From: Candidatus Latescibacterota bacterium
GTDB taxonomy: Bacteria > Latescibacterota > UBA2968 > UBA8231
Reading direction: 5' to 3'
Length of the DNA stretch: 64,000 bases
Assembly (NCBI GenBank): GCA_965248265.1
Contig: CBDFJF010000001.1
Span: 1,408,001 to 1,472,000, forward strand
In this document: positions 27,987 to 36,752 of the stretch, one piece after another
Layout of the letters: every line of letters begins with the position of its first letter
Numbering within the stretch: position 1 is the stretch's first letter
Position numbers and translations under genes: made by a program
The notes under the pieces: model-generated
Told to the model about the DNA's origin: nothing
The model's database searches: none
What the model saw: the letters and a program-made list of their open reading frames with translations, nothing else

Positions 27987-30664
27987 TTGCCCAGGCCGGC
28001 GTACATGGTAATGAATCCCTCGGTGGTGGTATCGGAGTCCCGCTCGTTGAAATCTCTACGGTCTATCTTCATGCCTATCTGGGTCGTCAGCTCATAGCCC
28101 AGGTATGCGCTGACATTGGCAAATTGCACAGCCACCGCCTGGCCATTGAAATCGTTTGCGTCTTCACGGAAGTCGTTGGCCACGGTGTATTCGATCCCGG
28201 CTTGCACCGTGGTGCTGTTGAGCACGGGAAAGCTCAGCAGAAATCCGAAAATCTCCGTCAAGACCCGCTCCTTTTCCGTGGAGAGCAATCCTCTCGATTG
28301 CCAGCGCCACTCGCTCTTCCACCTCGGTTCCAGGGTGAGATTCCCGATCGGGTAGCGGTAGCTGGCCTTGTTGATGAGGCCGAAGAAAAAATCGGTGGCC
28401 CGCGCCAGGCCGAGGACTTCCCGCGTTTCCCTGTCCTTGCGCTGATGGTAGATGTCGTACTTCAGATGGTTGGCAATTTCCAGCATTCCCGGGCTGTAAT
28501 CATGGCCGAGCCAGAGCGAATTGATCCACGTATCGCGGGCGATCAGGGGATCCTCAACCTTCCTCTGCTGTCCGTCCTTCACGGTCACATCCGGAAACCA
28601 CTGGAGCAGGTCGTTGGGAATATCGTCTTGCGCCCGTTTGACCATCTCCATCATGCGAAATCGGCCCAATGTCGGTGTGTCCTGGTCTGCAGTGAAAAGA
28701 GCATAGGCCGTGTGGTTCTTCTGGTTGGAGGAGATCAGATCTTCGCGCAGATAGCCTACCGTAACCCGGGTTTGGGGGGTCAGGTGATAACCCACGTAGG
28801 CGTTGAATCCGCGGTGATCCTTCGCGTAGGGGTAGTCCGGCTCCTCGTCGTTTTCGAACCGGTCCACCCATTGGTTGTTGTTCATGTCGACACCGAACAG
28901 TTGTTCGGGACGATCGACGTTGTGCCTCAGAAAGGCCTCTTCGTAATCCGGGGTATCATTGGTGCGAAAGGTGTTATCATTCTGGTTGAAGTCGGGGACG
29001 AAGTCATTGTTCTCGTCCCACCCGGGAAATACCGTGCGGTCCCCCGGGCGCCAGTCTGCCCGGATTGTATCGGGAGCGCGGTCCTGGTCGTCGTTGTCTT
29101 CAACCAGCTCTAAGACATGCTGGCGTTCGTCTTCATAGTCGATGGATCCATCTGAATGCGTAACAAAGGTCCGGGTGGTGTAGAGCGGATCCATGCTGTA
29201 GGCCTCGCCGAAGAAGAACCAGGGGCCGGCGACCTTGCTGAGATTCATCATCCAGGCCGGTGCCGTCCGGCGCCCGGAGACGCCCGAGGAAGTCGAGTGC
29301 GACTTGCGGGTGATATTGGGGTACTGGCGATAGGTCAGACTCAGATCATACTCGCCGTAGAAATTGAAGCCGAGCACATTGTTCATTTCAACGGTGCCAC
29401 CGACGATCTGGTTGGCCGTGGGCAGGCCGTATTCAAACCTGAGCACCCGCAAATTGGTGTTGTCCTGTACATTGCCCTCGGCACGGGCGATCAGCAGCGG
29501 CACCGATCGCCCCGAGTCGTTAGTCTGGCGGTCGGAGCTCATCCAGACCTGGTAATCGTTGCCGATCGTCATGGCGAATTCAACCTTCTCGATTTCTTCC
29601 TTGGCTCCGCTGGAACGATTCACGAACGCGGGAGAGTCGAAATCGAAGAGGATGCGGATCTCTTCCGTGCCATCGGCCGAAAGAAATCCCTCCTGCACGA
29701 ACCCCCCCTGGATGAGCGGCTCGAAGCGGATGTCCCTTCCCTTGTCGGTCTCGCCATTGGTGTAGGTGATGAAGATGTCCAGGGCGTCCGGGAAGAAGGC
29801 GGCCCCGCCCTCCCCGTCTTCCGGGGAATCGTCCCTGAGCAGGATTTCGATAATGGAGACAGTCGAGTTCTGGTCGATGGTCAGAGCCCCCGCTACGGGG
29901 TTTCCCTTGAACCCGCTGACCAGGGTGTTCGACTGGTGGGTGTTTACGAAGTGGAGCCCGACGGTTGTGAAGTCCCCCACCTGAGCCGTGGCGCGTCCCC
30001 CCAGCAAGGTGGTGAGGTTGGTCCTGAGCAATTCCTGGTCGCGCGTGGTGGTACCCCCGGGACTGCTGATGCGCGAGTAGATCAACGTCCCCTGGTACTT
30101 ATCCATGGCGAAGTCGAACTGGGTTCCATCCCAGCGCGGCTTCGTGAAGGTCATGGGCGTCAGGGTTGTGCGGAGCGCGTTCGAGATGGTCAGGGCGTAG
30201 TGGTACTGACCTTTCTGATCGGAAGCAATAGCCACTCCCGAGAACCATTTGTCAAATTTTTCCGTCTTGGTCAGGGAACTGCCAAACTGACGAGGTTGGG
30301 TCTGGGTGTTGTCAAAGATCAACCAACCGCGAGTGACGAAATTTCCGAACAGGTCGTAGAAGTAGTCTCCTTCCAGGGAGGTGTCGACGTAGCGCTGGTA
30401 TCGGTTTCTGGCGTAGTTGCTATACTCCCATTGCCTCCACTTGTACTCATTGTAGAGTTCCTGTGGCACGTACCACTTCTTCACCGCCGGATCCAGGGCA
30501 CCGAACAAAACGCCCGGTCCGTACGGAGCAAAACTGACCCTTCCACCCCGCTGAGTGCCGAGGCGGGTTCCGTAATCCTGGGCGGCAACCCGGTCGACGA
30601 CCCCTGCACCCCCAAGACACGCGACACAAGCGGCGAGCAAGACAAACCCGTTTCTCGCTTTCAT
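27983..30664 (-). CDS. Large secreted/outer-membrane hypothetical protein (893 aa)
   Basis: Signal peptide then QDYGTRLG; acidic DxDD/DxNxD repeats (DNDDQDRAPD, DENNDFVPDFNQNDN, DMNNNQWVD); alternating amphipathic strands near the C-terminus ending FITMYAGLGN. Confidence 0.7.
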   Translation of the reverse strand: MKARNGFVLLAACVACLGGAGVVDRVAAQDYGTRLGTQRGGRVSFAPYGPGVLFGALDPAVKKWYVPQELYNEYKWRQWEYSNYARNRYQRYVDTSLEGDYFYDLFGNFVTRGWLIFDNTQTQPRQFGSSLTKTEKFDKWFSGVAIASDQKGQYHYALTISNALRTTLTPMTFTKPRWDGTQFDFAMDKYQGTLIYSRISSPGGTTTRDQELLRTNLTTLLGGRATAQVGDFTTVGLHFVNTHQSNTLVSGFKGNPVAGALTIDQNSTVSIIEILLRDDSPEDGEGGAAFFPDALDIFITYTNGETDKGRDIRFEPLIQGGFVQEGFLSADGTEEIRILFDFDSPAFVNRSSGAKEEIEKVEFAMTIGNDYQVWMSSDRQTNDSGRSVPLLIARAEGNVQDNTNLRVLRFEYGLPTANQIVGGTVEMNNVLGFNFYGEYDLSLTYRQYPNITRKSHSTSSGVSGRRTAPAWMMNLSKVAGPWFFFGEAYSMDPLYTTRTFVTHSDGSIDYEDERQHVLELVEDNDDQDRAPDTIRADWRPGDRTVFPGWDENNDFVPDFNQNDNTFRTNDTPDYEEAFLRHNVDRPEQLFGVDMNNNQWVDRFENDEEPDYPYAKDHRGFNAYVGYHLTPQTRVTVGYLREDLISSNQKNHTAYALFTADQDTPTLGRFRMMEMVKRAQDDIPNDLLQWFPDVTVKDGQQRKVEDPLIARDTWINSLWLGHDYSPGMLEIANHLKYDIYHQRKDRETREVLGLARATDFFFGLINKASYRYPIGNLTLEPRWKSEWRWQSRGLLSTEKERVLTEIFGFLLSFPVLNSTTVQAGIEYTVANDFREDANDFNGQAVAVQFANVSAYLGYELTTQIGMKIDRRDFNERDSDTTTEGFITMYAGLGN

Positions 30665-30707
30665 GATCCCTCACTTTGTACGACCTGCCACCCGGTCTGA
30701 TGGATAT

Positions 30708-33700
30708 TCAGTAGGCTACGGCCACGATTCGGGACAAGCTCAAATCATCTGCATCTGCATCCATGTGGAGCTGGCAGATATACAGTCCGGGCGGGACCTT
30801 CAGCCCGGACTGGTCGACCCCAGACCAACGCAGCGAGTGCGCGCCCCCGCGCACCAGGCTCGATCCTTCCCACACTCGGCGACCGTTCAGATCGTAGATC
30901 CGCAACCGCACCTGTCGGTCTGCTGTCACCTGGAACACCGAGAACTGGATGGTCAGTTCATCGTTGATGCCGTCGCCGTTGGGGGTGAAGGGATTGGGCG
31001 TCAACACCACGTCGTCGAGCACCTTGCCCCCCACGGGCACGCTGAGGGACAGGTCCTGTCCCTCGGCCAAGGCGGTGGCATTGCCGCCGTCTACCTGCTG
31101 CCACAGTGGTTCGCCCGCCGGCGTGAACTGGTCGGACTTGCGCACCTGCGCCCGCACGGTCGTTCCATTCAGAAACACCGTCGCCGCCACGCGCACGTGC
31201 ACCAGGCGGCCTTCTCCCCGGGTGGTGCCCCGCTGTGAGCGACTCAATCGGTTGTAATCCGCCTGGGTCAGTGAGTCACCCTGAACGGTGAAGGGGAATT
31301 CGGCTCCTGCGCCCAACAGCTTGCGGAAGTAGCGGATGGGGCCCTGCTCCTCGGGGGCCAGTTCGTCGTAGGCAAACTGATCGTCAACCTCGTCCAGGCG
31401 CACCTCACCAGCAGTGTCCGTGATCTGTCGGAAAAAGAGCGTCTGTCCGCGCTCATTATCGGACAAAAGCCCATAGGCTGCTTCAGACAACACCTCGCCG
31501 GCGTGGTCGACGACGACCTCGTCGCCATCGCCGGAAACGCGGTAGTAGCGTTTGGGCACCAGGTCGGCCTCAACGCTGTGCACCAGCTCCGGAATGCGAA
31601 ACATCACGGTGCCACCGCTACTCTCCAACAACTCGAGGGTATCGCCGGCCGCGCTGACAAAACCGCCGTCTATGGGTTCAAAGACCTGATCAGGCTGCTG
31701 CTGCGATAACTCGGCTTCTGTGCCGGTGCGCACCCCCACCAGACTCAGATCCAACTCGGCCGGTCCCTGCAGGAATACCTCGTCGAAGCCGGGGGTCCGA
31801 GAGGCAAAGGGAGCTTCGACAAAGGTCGAATGCAAATAGATATCAAAGGTGTCCCGCAATCCGGCTATGGCTTGCTGCGGCCAGATCTCGCCGATGAGGC
31901 GGCGGGCGACCGGATCGAACATGTCAACTTCGATCGAGCTCAGCGCCGCGGCCTGCTGGCGGTCCCGCGTGACGAATGTGGCCTGGATCTGCATAAACTG
32001 ACGTAGGCTGGGCGAGGTTACGTGATCGCCCTGCTGGTATGTGCGACTCCACGCGCTCCAGCCACTGCCCACGGCAAAGGATGTATCGATGGGGCCTTTG
32101 AACTTGTCGCGCAGATTATCCCAGTCTTCAAAGGTCTCCTTCTCGTTGCCCGAAGAGTCTAGGTAGCGGATGTTTTCCACCCGCAGATCGCCGGTGCGGG
32201 TACGGATTTCTATTTCGGTGCCGGGCGGTTGCTCGTCGGGACCGGGACTCCAGCGGATGGCGCCCAGGTTGCGCGGTTCGGGCATGAGGATGATGTCCGA
32301 GGTCATGCTTGCCTCGGCCACGTAGCCGGCCGAATACAACAAGATCTCACCAAGTTCGAAACCGTAGCCGCCGCTCCGGAGGTTGGTAGTTAGATTTCTC
32401 ATCTCCAGGTAGCGCACCTTGAGCGGCGGCTCGTAGATGTCGGAGATGAAGGCGAACTGGTTGATCAAGTTGTCCTCCCGTTCCGAGGGACTGACATTGC
32501 GCCACTTGAATGCTCCCGTTGCATCCCGTGTCCCGTCCGAGCCGCGCAGGATATACCCTTCTATATACGTACCGTCTTTTTTACTGACGCCACTGGCCGA
32601 TGCAACGCGCATGTTGTCCAGCCACATCAGCGCCCCCAGATCTACCGTCATTACCCCCCGCGTATTGAAGGGAGACCAAACCAGGAACCTGAAGCTGGTG
32701 CCAAAGTCGGCGTCGAAACCGGCTCCGCCCTTGTAGGGGCCGGTCACGTCCACGCTACCCCCTCTACCCAACACACCCGGTGAGAAGTTGTCGCCCCAGC
32801 CCCATACCTCCACCTCGCTCAGCCGGGGCCGCTCGCGCACATAATGCTCCCGCTTGCCCTGACGCTCCGGACCCAGACTCTCGTAAATCTCCCGTGGCAC
32901 CGGTTCCTCGAATCCGGCCTCGTCCCGGATGTAGTAGACGATTTCGCCTCGTTCCCCCACTGGCAGCTCCTCCCATACCTCCGGCGTCACCTGACGCCCC
33001 CGAAATCGCTTGCTGTCCGTCACCAACACCCGAATCGTCTGCACCATCCGCCCCGTCCATGACGGGTCCGTCCCTGGCTGGACAAACCGGGGCTCGCTTT
33101 GTGTAGTCAGTTCAAAAACCCGCTGCTCCGTGTTAGGCACAACCGTCCCGCCCACCACACTGAAGCTGCCCCACTGGTACTCGTTGGACGAGCCAAATTC
33201 GCTGTCCTTCGCCTCCAGCACCTGCTGCTCCGGCGAAGCCAGCACCCGAAACTGGCGAAAGGGATCCCCCAGGGCCTCATCGACGAAGTGCAGGACGACC
33301 TTCTCGACCACCACGACCCGGCCCAGGTCGATCTCCACCCACCAGTTGGCTGAAGTGTCCGCCAGATCCGGCTCCCAGTACGTCGACGGATCTCCATCGA
33401 AAATGTCGGCCGCGGAATCGATATTCGAACCGGCACGGCTGATGCCCGGACGTACGAAATAATCGTACTCGGGAAACATCTCTTTGGACTTGATCCCGAA
33501 GTTCTGCCGCGAGGTGCGCCCGGTGCGCTCGTTGCGCAGTGACAGTCTCACCTCATCGTCGCCCGTCATCGTCGTGTCCGTGATCGTGAACATCTCCCCG
33601 TCCAGGACGATCCGGGTGGCATTGCCTGGATAGCGGCCTAAGTCCGCATCCAGGTACTTGCCGATTCTCTCCTCCACCAGCTTGAGCTCCTCTGCCCTGG

Positions 33701-34013
33701 TACGAGCCAGCGTCCGTTCCACCGTGAGGATGGACCGGTCTGCCTTGCGGATCCTGGGCTTCTCGATGGGACGTACGAAGCTGTCCAGGTCCTCGGCCAG
33801 GATACTGTAGACGTGTCGGAAGAAGTGGGGTCGGATCTGCCCATCGACTAAATCAAGGATGTGTTCGGGCCGGCTCCATTGGGCCCAGTGCTCCGGGGTC
33901 TCGACAATGATCCGGGTGTCGGTGACGTCCGCCGACTGGGCCTGCGCCGGGGAAGCGCACAAACCCGCGATTGCCGCCCACACCAGTCCGATCCAAAGCC
34001 CTGCCCGCTGCAT
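30708..34013 (-). CDS. Large secreted protein with two discoidin-like units and C-terminal FlgD-Ig/CHU_C-like domain
   Basis: AAGGAGG RBS + ATG 34013; signal peptide; FDGDPSTYW..WVEIDLG, TVDLG, RTRTG, WSAWS, PNPFTPNGDGINDE..IYDLNG..PPGLY. Confidence 0.8.
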   Translation of the reverse strand: MQRAGLWIGLVWAAIAGLCASPAQAQSADVTDTRIIVETPEHWAQWSRPEHILDLVDGQIRPHFFRHVYSILAEDLDSFVRPIEKPRIRKADRSILTVERTLARTRAEELKLVEERIGKYLDADLGRYPGNATRIVLDGEMFTITDTTMTGDDEVRLSLRNERTGRTSRQNFGIKSKEMFPEYDYFVRPGISRAGSNIDSAADIFDGDPSTYWEPDLADTSANWWVEIDLGRVVVVEKVVLHFVDEALGDPFRQFRVLASPEQQVLEAKDSEFGSSNEYQWGSFSVVGGTVVPNTEQRVFELTTQSEPRFVQPGTDPSWTGRMVQTIRVLVTDSKRFRGRQVTPEVWEELPVGERGEIVYYIRDEAGFEEPVPREIYESLGPERQGKREHYVRERPRLSEVEVWGWGDNFSPGVLGRGGSVDVTGPYKGGAGFDADFGTSFRFLVWSPFNTRGVMTVDLGALMWLDNMRVASASGVSKKDGTYIEGYILRGSDGTRDATGAFKWRNVSPSEREDNLINQFAFISDIYEPPLKVRYLEMRNLTTNLRSGGYGFELGEILLYSAGYVAEASMTSDIILMPEPRNLGAIRWSPGPDEQPPGTEIEIRTRTGDLRVENIRYLDSSGNEKETFEDWDNLRDKFKGPIDTSFAVGSGWSAWSRTYQQGDHVTSPSLRQFMQIQATFVTRDRQQAAALSSIEVDMFDPVARRLIGEIWPQQAIAGLRDTFDIYLHSTFVEAPFASRTPGFDEVFLQGPAELDLSLVGVRTGTEAELSQQQPDQVFEPIDGGFVSAAGDTLELLESSGGTVMFRIPELVHSVEADLVPKRYYRVSGDGDEVVVDHAGEVLSEAAYGLLSDNERGQTLFFRQITDTAGEVRLDEVDDQFAYDELAPEEQGPIRYFRKLLGAGAEFPFTVQGDSLTQADYNRLSRSQRGTTRGEGRLVHVRVAATVFLNGTTVRAQVRKSDQFTPAGEPLWQQVDGGNATALAEGQDLSLSVPVGGKVLDDVVLTPNPFTPNGDGINDELTIQFSVFQVTADRQVRLRIYDLNGRRVWEGSSLVRGGAHSLRWSGVDQSGLKVPPGLYICQLHMDADADDLSLSRIVAVAY

Positions 34014-34189
34014 GTGGTCCTCCTTGGACATCATGTTGCACCTCTCCATCTCTTCAGAGGGCAGGCTGCTCCTTCCCGTTGCCGAGCGCGGCGAACGACC
34101 GACCATCTGGCCCTTCTCTGCCGACAAAACGGCGGACACCAGTTGCGTTACCCGTATTTTGTCAGTGGAGTACATACAAGGACTACAAT

Positions 34190-34219
34190 ACAATAGGAAA
34201 AGACAGAATAGCGTGTCAA
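34190..34219 (-). promoter_or_regulatory. Sigma70-like promoter for the minus-strand operon
   Basis: TTGACA (34219-34214)-18 nt-TATTGT (34195-34190) in an AT-rich divergent intergenic region. Confidence 0.4.
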
Positions 34220-34389
34220 CGATAGTTTCCGGCTCGAGAAGATATCATAACATTCTTATTTTTACGTAGTTATGCGCTGCAATTTGGACGATACGCCATC
34301 GCGGATTGCATTGACGGTTTCCATCCATCTGACTACGCTTCGCGCCCGTTCCCAGGGCCCCCGACCCGGAGACCCCGGTCTGAACGCGA

Positions 34390-36345
34390 ATGAGTGAGTC
34401 TTCCCCCCTCCAACCTACCCTTCGCGCACTGCTGATCGGCGCTGTGGGAGCGGCCGCCATCGGCGGTGGGGTGCCTTACTGTCATATGGTGCTCCACGGC
34501 TCCGTCCTCGCCTCCTATTTCAACACCCCCGCCGCCATCATCCTGTTCTTCTTCCTGGCGCTGTTTTTCAACACCTTCCTGGGGTTGCTGAGACGTTCGT
34601 GGATGCTGAACCGGGCCGAACTGGCTCTCGTCTACATCATGTGGATCGTCGCCACTGCCATTCCCGCAAAGGGCTTCACGGCCTTCCTGCTCCCCGACAT
34701 CACCAGCGTCGTCTACTACGCCACGCCCGAAAACGGTTGGCGCGAGCAGTTGCTGCCGCACATTCCGCAGTGGATCATGCCGTTCCGGCAGTTTGCCGAT
34801 GTCCAGGATTTCTACGAGGGCGCGCCTCTGGGGCAGGCCATACCGTGGGGCCGATGGATTCCATCGTTGATCTACTGGCTGTCCTTCATCACCGCCGTGT
34901 ACCTGGCCATGATTTCCATCACCGTCATCCTGCGCCGGCAGTGGGTCGAGCGCGAGCGGCTGGTTTATCCCCTGGTACAATTGCCCATCTCGATGATCCA
35001 CAACGAAGATGGTCGTCCATCGATCATCAGCCCCCTGTTCAAGAGCCCGGTGATGTGGATCGGCTTCGCCGTTCCCGCAATCCTTCAGACCCTCACAGGT
35101 CTCCACCACTACTACCCGAGTATCCCGGCATTTTCTTTTTACGGCCTCTCGGTTCCGCTCTTCCGCGACTCCGTGCACGTGCCCCTGAACCTGAGCTTCC
35201 AGATGCTCGGGTTCTCCTATTTCATCAGCCGTGAGATCGCCTTCGGCCTCTGTTTCTTCTACCTGCTCAACACCATCGAGCAGGGTGTCCTCAATGTGCT
35301 CGGCGTGCAGGAATTCGACTCGCTCCTGGCTGGCTACAGCGCCTACACCGGCCCCATTGTCGTGCACCAGGGATTCGGTGCCATCATCATGCTGGTCCTG
35401 TTCGGTCTGTGGATGGCCCGCAGCCATCTGCGCCAAGTTTTCACTAAAGCTTTCGGTCGGGGGCCGGAAGTAAATCAAATAGACGATAGTGACGAGATCC
35501 TCTCCTACCGGGCGGCAGTCTTGCTGCTTCTGGGCAGCCTCCTCTTCGTCGGCGTCTGGTTGTGGCAGTCGGGCCTGCCGGGTTGGATCACGCCGATTTA
35601 CCTGTTTTTCGCTTTCGTCCTCTTCATCGGCATCACCCGAGTCGTCGCCGAAGGTGGGCTGGCCTTCATCTTCCCCCCCATGATCGCCTCCGATTTCGTC
35701 ACGGCGGGATTCGGCACGAGGGCTCTTGGGGAGTCCGGTATCATGGCCCTGGCTTTCACCTACATCTGGGCCAGCGATATACTGACCTTCGTCATGGCAT
35801 CCTCGGCCAATGCCCTGAAGCTGGCCGCAGAGACTATAAAAAAGGGCGTGCGGTTGGTTTTCTGGGCCATGCTTGTGTCGATTATCGTCACCCTGTGCAG
35901 TTCGGTGTGGGCGATCATCGAGGTGAGTTACCACTACGGCGGCATCAACGCGGACGTCTTTTTCCTGGGGTCAGCCCAGATGCCGTTCAATGTTGCCGCG
36001 GCCCGCCTGGGGTCGATCGAAGGCCCACACTGGCAGAACTGGGTCTATACCGGCATCGGCGCCACCGTCATGGGCTTACTGATGCTGGCCCGGCAACGCT
36101 TCTCGTGGTGGCCCATTCACCCGCTGGGTTTTCCAACATCCGCCGTTTTCGGCACCATGTTCTTCAGCGTCTTCCTGGCCTGGCTCCTCAAGAGTATCGT
36201 GATCAGGTACGGTGGACCCCAACTCTACCTGCGCAGCCGCCCCTTCTTCCTGGGGCTGATCCTGGGCCAGTTCGTCACCGCCGGCATCTGGTACGGGATT
36301 GACTACATAGTGGGCGGGAGTCACAACCAGGTGATGACGTTCTGA
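34390..36345 (+). CDS. DUF6785/DUF6784-type polytopic membrane protein (putative peptide/oligosaccharide transporter)
   Basis: YYATPENGW, RRQWVERERLVYPL, TRVVAEGG, WWPIHPLG, RYGG..Y..SRPFFLGLILG. Confidence 0.8.
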   Translation: MSESSPLQPTLRALLIGAVGAAAIGGGVPYCHMVLHGSVLASYFNTPAAIILFFFLALFFNTFLGLLRRSWMLNRAELALVYIMWIVATAIPAKGFTAFLLPDITSVVYYATPENGWREQLLPHIPQWIMPFRQFADVQDFYEGAPLGQAIPWGRWIPSLIYWLSFITAVYLAMISITVILRRQWVERERLVYPLVQLPISMIHNEDGRPSIISPLFKSPVMWIGFAVPAILQTLTGLHHYYPSIPAFSFYGLSVPLFRDSVHVPLNLSFQMLGFSYFISREIAFGLCFFYLLNTIEQGVLNVLGVQEFDSLLAGYSAYTGPIVVHQGFGAIIMLVLFGLWMARSHLRQVFTKAFGRGPEVNQIDDSDEILSYRAAVLLLLGSLLFVGVWLWQSGLPGWITPIYLFFAFVLFIGITRVVAEGGLAFIFPPMIASDFVTAGFGTRALGESGIMALAFTYIWASDILTFVMASSANALKLAAETIKKGVRLVFWAMLVSIIVTLCSSVWAIIEVSYHYGGINADVFFLGSAQMPFNVAAARLGSIEGPHWQNWVYTGIGATVMGLLMLARQRFSWWPIHPLGFPTSAVFGTMFFSVFLAWLLKSIVIRYGGPQLYLRSRPFFLGLILGQFVTAGIWYGIDYIVGGSHNQVMTF

Positions 36346-36379
36346 TGCCGCCGCAACCTCAACCGATCAGGTGATGCTC

Positions 36380-36745
36380 ATGGACAAGATCGATTTCCGC
36401 GAAAAGCTCGAGTTGTTCGACCAGTACTGGGTTCCCAAGATTGTCGGCGAAGTGAACGATCAGTACGTCAAGGTGGCCAAAGCGAAAGGATCCATGGATT
36501 GGCACAGCCATCAGCAAGAGGATGAACTGTTTCTGGTTTTACACGGCGTACTGCGACTCGAACTCAGGGACCAAACCATTGAACTGTCTCCTGGAGAGTG
36601 TTTCATCGTGCCACGGGGTGTCGAGCACAAGCCGATCGCCACGGAAGAGACCCATTTCGTTCTCGTGGAACCCAAGGCGACGGTAAACACCGGAAATCTG
36701 CAATCCGAGCAGACCATCGACGTCGAGGACCTGGAGTGGATCTGA
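36380..36745 (+). CDS. Cupin domain protein
   Basis: WVPKIVGEVND, WHSHQQEDELF, VPRGVEHKP. Confidence 0.88.
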   Translation: MDKIDFREKLELFDQYWVPKIVGEVNDQYVKVAKAKGSMDWHSHQQEDELFLVLHGVLRLELRDQTIELSPGECFIVPRGVEHKPIATEETHFVLVEPKATVNTGNLQSEQTIDVEDLEWI

Positions 36746-36752
36746 GCGACCT

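Noticed and set aside
21602-34013. Flagellar hook-capping flgD genes
   Set aside because: Only the C-terminal Ig-like module resembles FlgD; the proteins have Sec signals and there are no flagellar genes nearby
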